From Octopus vulgaris (Eukaryota), in assembly GCA_951406725.2 (NCBI GenBank), contig OX597827.1, positions 73,470,001 to 73,534,000 of the forward strand: a stretch of DNA of 64,000 nucleotides. The letters run 5' to 3'. The notes beneath the pieces were generated by a model, which was given only the letters and a program-made list of their open reading frames with translations, did no database searches and had not been told where the DNA came from. Position numbers and translations under genes: made by a program. This document shows, one piece after another, positions 62,232 to 64,000 of the stretch. Position 1 is the first letter of the stretch. Each line of letters begins with the position of its first letter.

Positions 62232-62869
62232 ACTAGCAGTATCGCCCGGCGTTGCTCGGGTTTGTAAGGGAAATAACTATATAAGCATTTTTAGAGAGTT
62301 ATAGCAAAGAATAGCAAAAAATGCATTAAAAATGGAATAAAAAATTATGGTAATTTTTTTTTTAAATCGTTGACTCATCGTAGACATTTTTAGAGAGTTA
62401 CCTTCCCTTATATAATAGCGAAAAAATGCATTAAAATGGAAAAAAATGGTGGTAAAATTTTTTTAAATCGTAGACTCATGTAGACGCTTTCTTAGCCATT
62501 TCTGTTTTGGTGTCTTCAAGCCATGAAGTCGTTGTTCTAAAAGGACGCTGGTCTCCTTGACAACGCATTACGACGTTGATTTCCTTACACTCCCTTCCCC
62601 ACAGGTGCAGGTGTGAGCGTGGACGCCAACTCCGCCGCCATCGACACACGAAAAAATATGCATTAAAATGGAATAAAAACTTATGTTAAATTATTTTTAA
62701 AATCGTAGACTCATCGTAGACGCGCGCTAATACTCAGACGGGCTCGATATGAATCACGACTATAAGATACCCGAATTTGGTTAAACTGGACCGCGAAATG
62801 TGGGAGTAGTTAGGAATCTAAATCGAAGGGGACAGACACTCACACAACTACAGTTTTATATATAGAGAT
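62232..62869 (+). mobile_element. non-autonomous Helitron/Helentron-like element with internal tandem repeats
   Basis: Starts ACTAG followed by hairpin CCCGGCGTTGCTCGGG; three copies of a unit containing ATGCATTAAAATGGAA..AAATCGTAGACTCATCGTAGAC; ends TTTTATATATAGAGAT. Confidence 0.65.
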
Positions 62870-63502
62870 TAATTAATCAAAGGACATACTATATATGTCT
62901 ACCTGCTGGAAATGACAGTCAAACTCATATTTGAATCGCCATGATACACTGATAATAACTACAGAGATCAACCGCCCGAAGGCAAACGGGCTAAGACAAT
63001 CTTTCAGCATAATTCAAGTATTTGGACTCACGTGGACCGGTTTCTGGACTGGCAATATAGTCTCACCTCCCTCAGCACGCGTTACCATGAAGGAGAGCCC
63101 CAACCCGTCACGTTGAAGTCTACGCTGCAACTGAATCGTTTTGCGCCGAATCATGGCAGCCACCATTGTGAAAATAATTTCAACACAGAACAAATAATTC
63201 AAGAGAAAATATTTGCGAAGATATCATTGACTATTATTATCTAGTGTAACATTTGGTTGATTTATGTTGCTAAAAATAGTGTATTTTAGCGATTTAAATA
63301 AGAGATTTGACAGTTACATCCAGCAGGTATCCATACTTAGTATGTCCTTTGATTAATTTTTATCCTTCGCTATTTAATGACTTTTGGGGGCTTGCAATTG
63401 CCTATATTATTAATTGTGTTGTCATTTTGAAATTGTTACACTATACAATAATAGAGTTAATAATAACTTCGCAAATATTTTCTTCTGAATTATTTGCTCC
63501 GT

Positions 63503-63638
<136 letters not shown>

Positions 63639-64000
63639 TATATATATATATTCAAAGAAACAGATTCGTTCGTAATGTGCATGGATAAAGGACCCGTGTT
63701 TGTAACAGGAATATGTATATAAATTACACATATACGACGGGCAAAGTGATGACAGCATAGAAGCGTTTTATTTAGGCACTGATATGACCATAACTTATCA
63801 CCTGAATCAACGGAGATCTGACAAATCTCTATATTTGAAATTGTTCTGCTCTCAGAAAATAATATTAAAGCGAAACAACTGATGATTTAGGTATTAAAGA
63901 TTGTTGGAATATTTAATGACGATGCCTTTAGATGGAAAGAGTATAGGTTAATGAGGGAGATATTTGAGAGATTATGTTAAACTCAGTAATGCTGTAAACG

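Noticed and set aside
62280-62720. CRISPR-like repeat array
   Set aside because: Irregular internal tandem repeats of a Helitron-like element in eukaryotic DNA; no unique equal-length spacers and no cas genes.

Overview
Eukaryotic, AT-rich, gene-poor and very microsatellite-rich DNA. The SINE families and repeat load resemble an octopus/coleoid cephalopod genome (recognition, not a database result). No intact host gene is visible, and most entries in the ORF track are translations of microsatellites. The window is dominated by non-LTR retrotransposons, each family sitting in its own microsatellite type. Three CR1-group APE-RT LINEs abut (TA)n; one is full length, with an unusual Myb/trihelix + polyQ + 2x CCCH ORF1. 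A full-length Tx1-clade LINE sits in (TC)n. Decayed R4/Dong-type RLE elements sit next to (CATA)n or (GAT/TAA)n. Also present: two mariner relics, many tRNA-derived SINEs, a Kolobok-like MITE, a Helitron/Helentron-like element, Penelope remnants, a well-formed type I hammerhead ribozyme, a promoter/mini-exon module in four copies (one inverted), and decayed spliced exons on the minus strand. Most striking: (i) a conserved stop + slippery U-run + hairpin cassette at the ORF1/ORF2 junction of two divergent CR1-group LINEs, plus an AUG-less Tx1 ORF2 starting at U UUA AAC, suggesting programmed -1 frameshifting in LINEs; (ii) apparent (TA)n targeting by a LINE with a Myb-like ORF1; (iii) SINEs that share the 3' tail of that LINE group and carry (TA)n internally.
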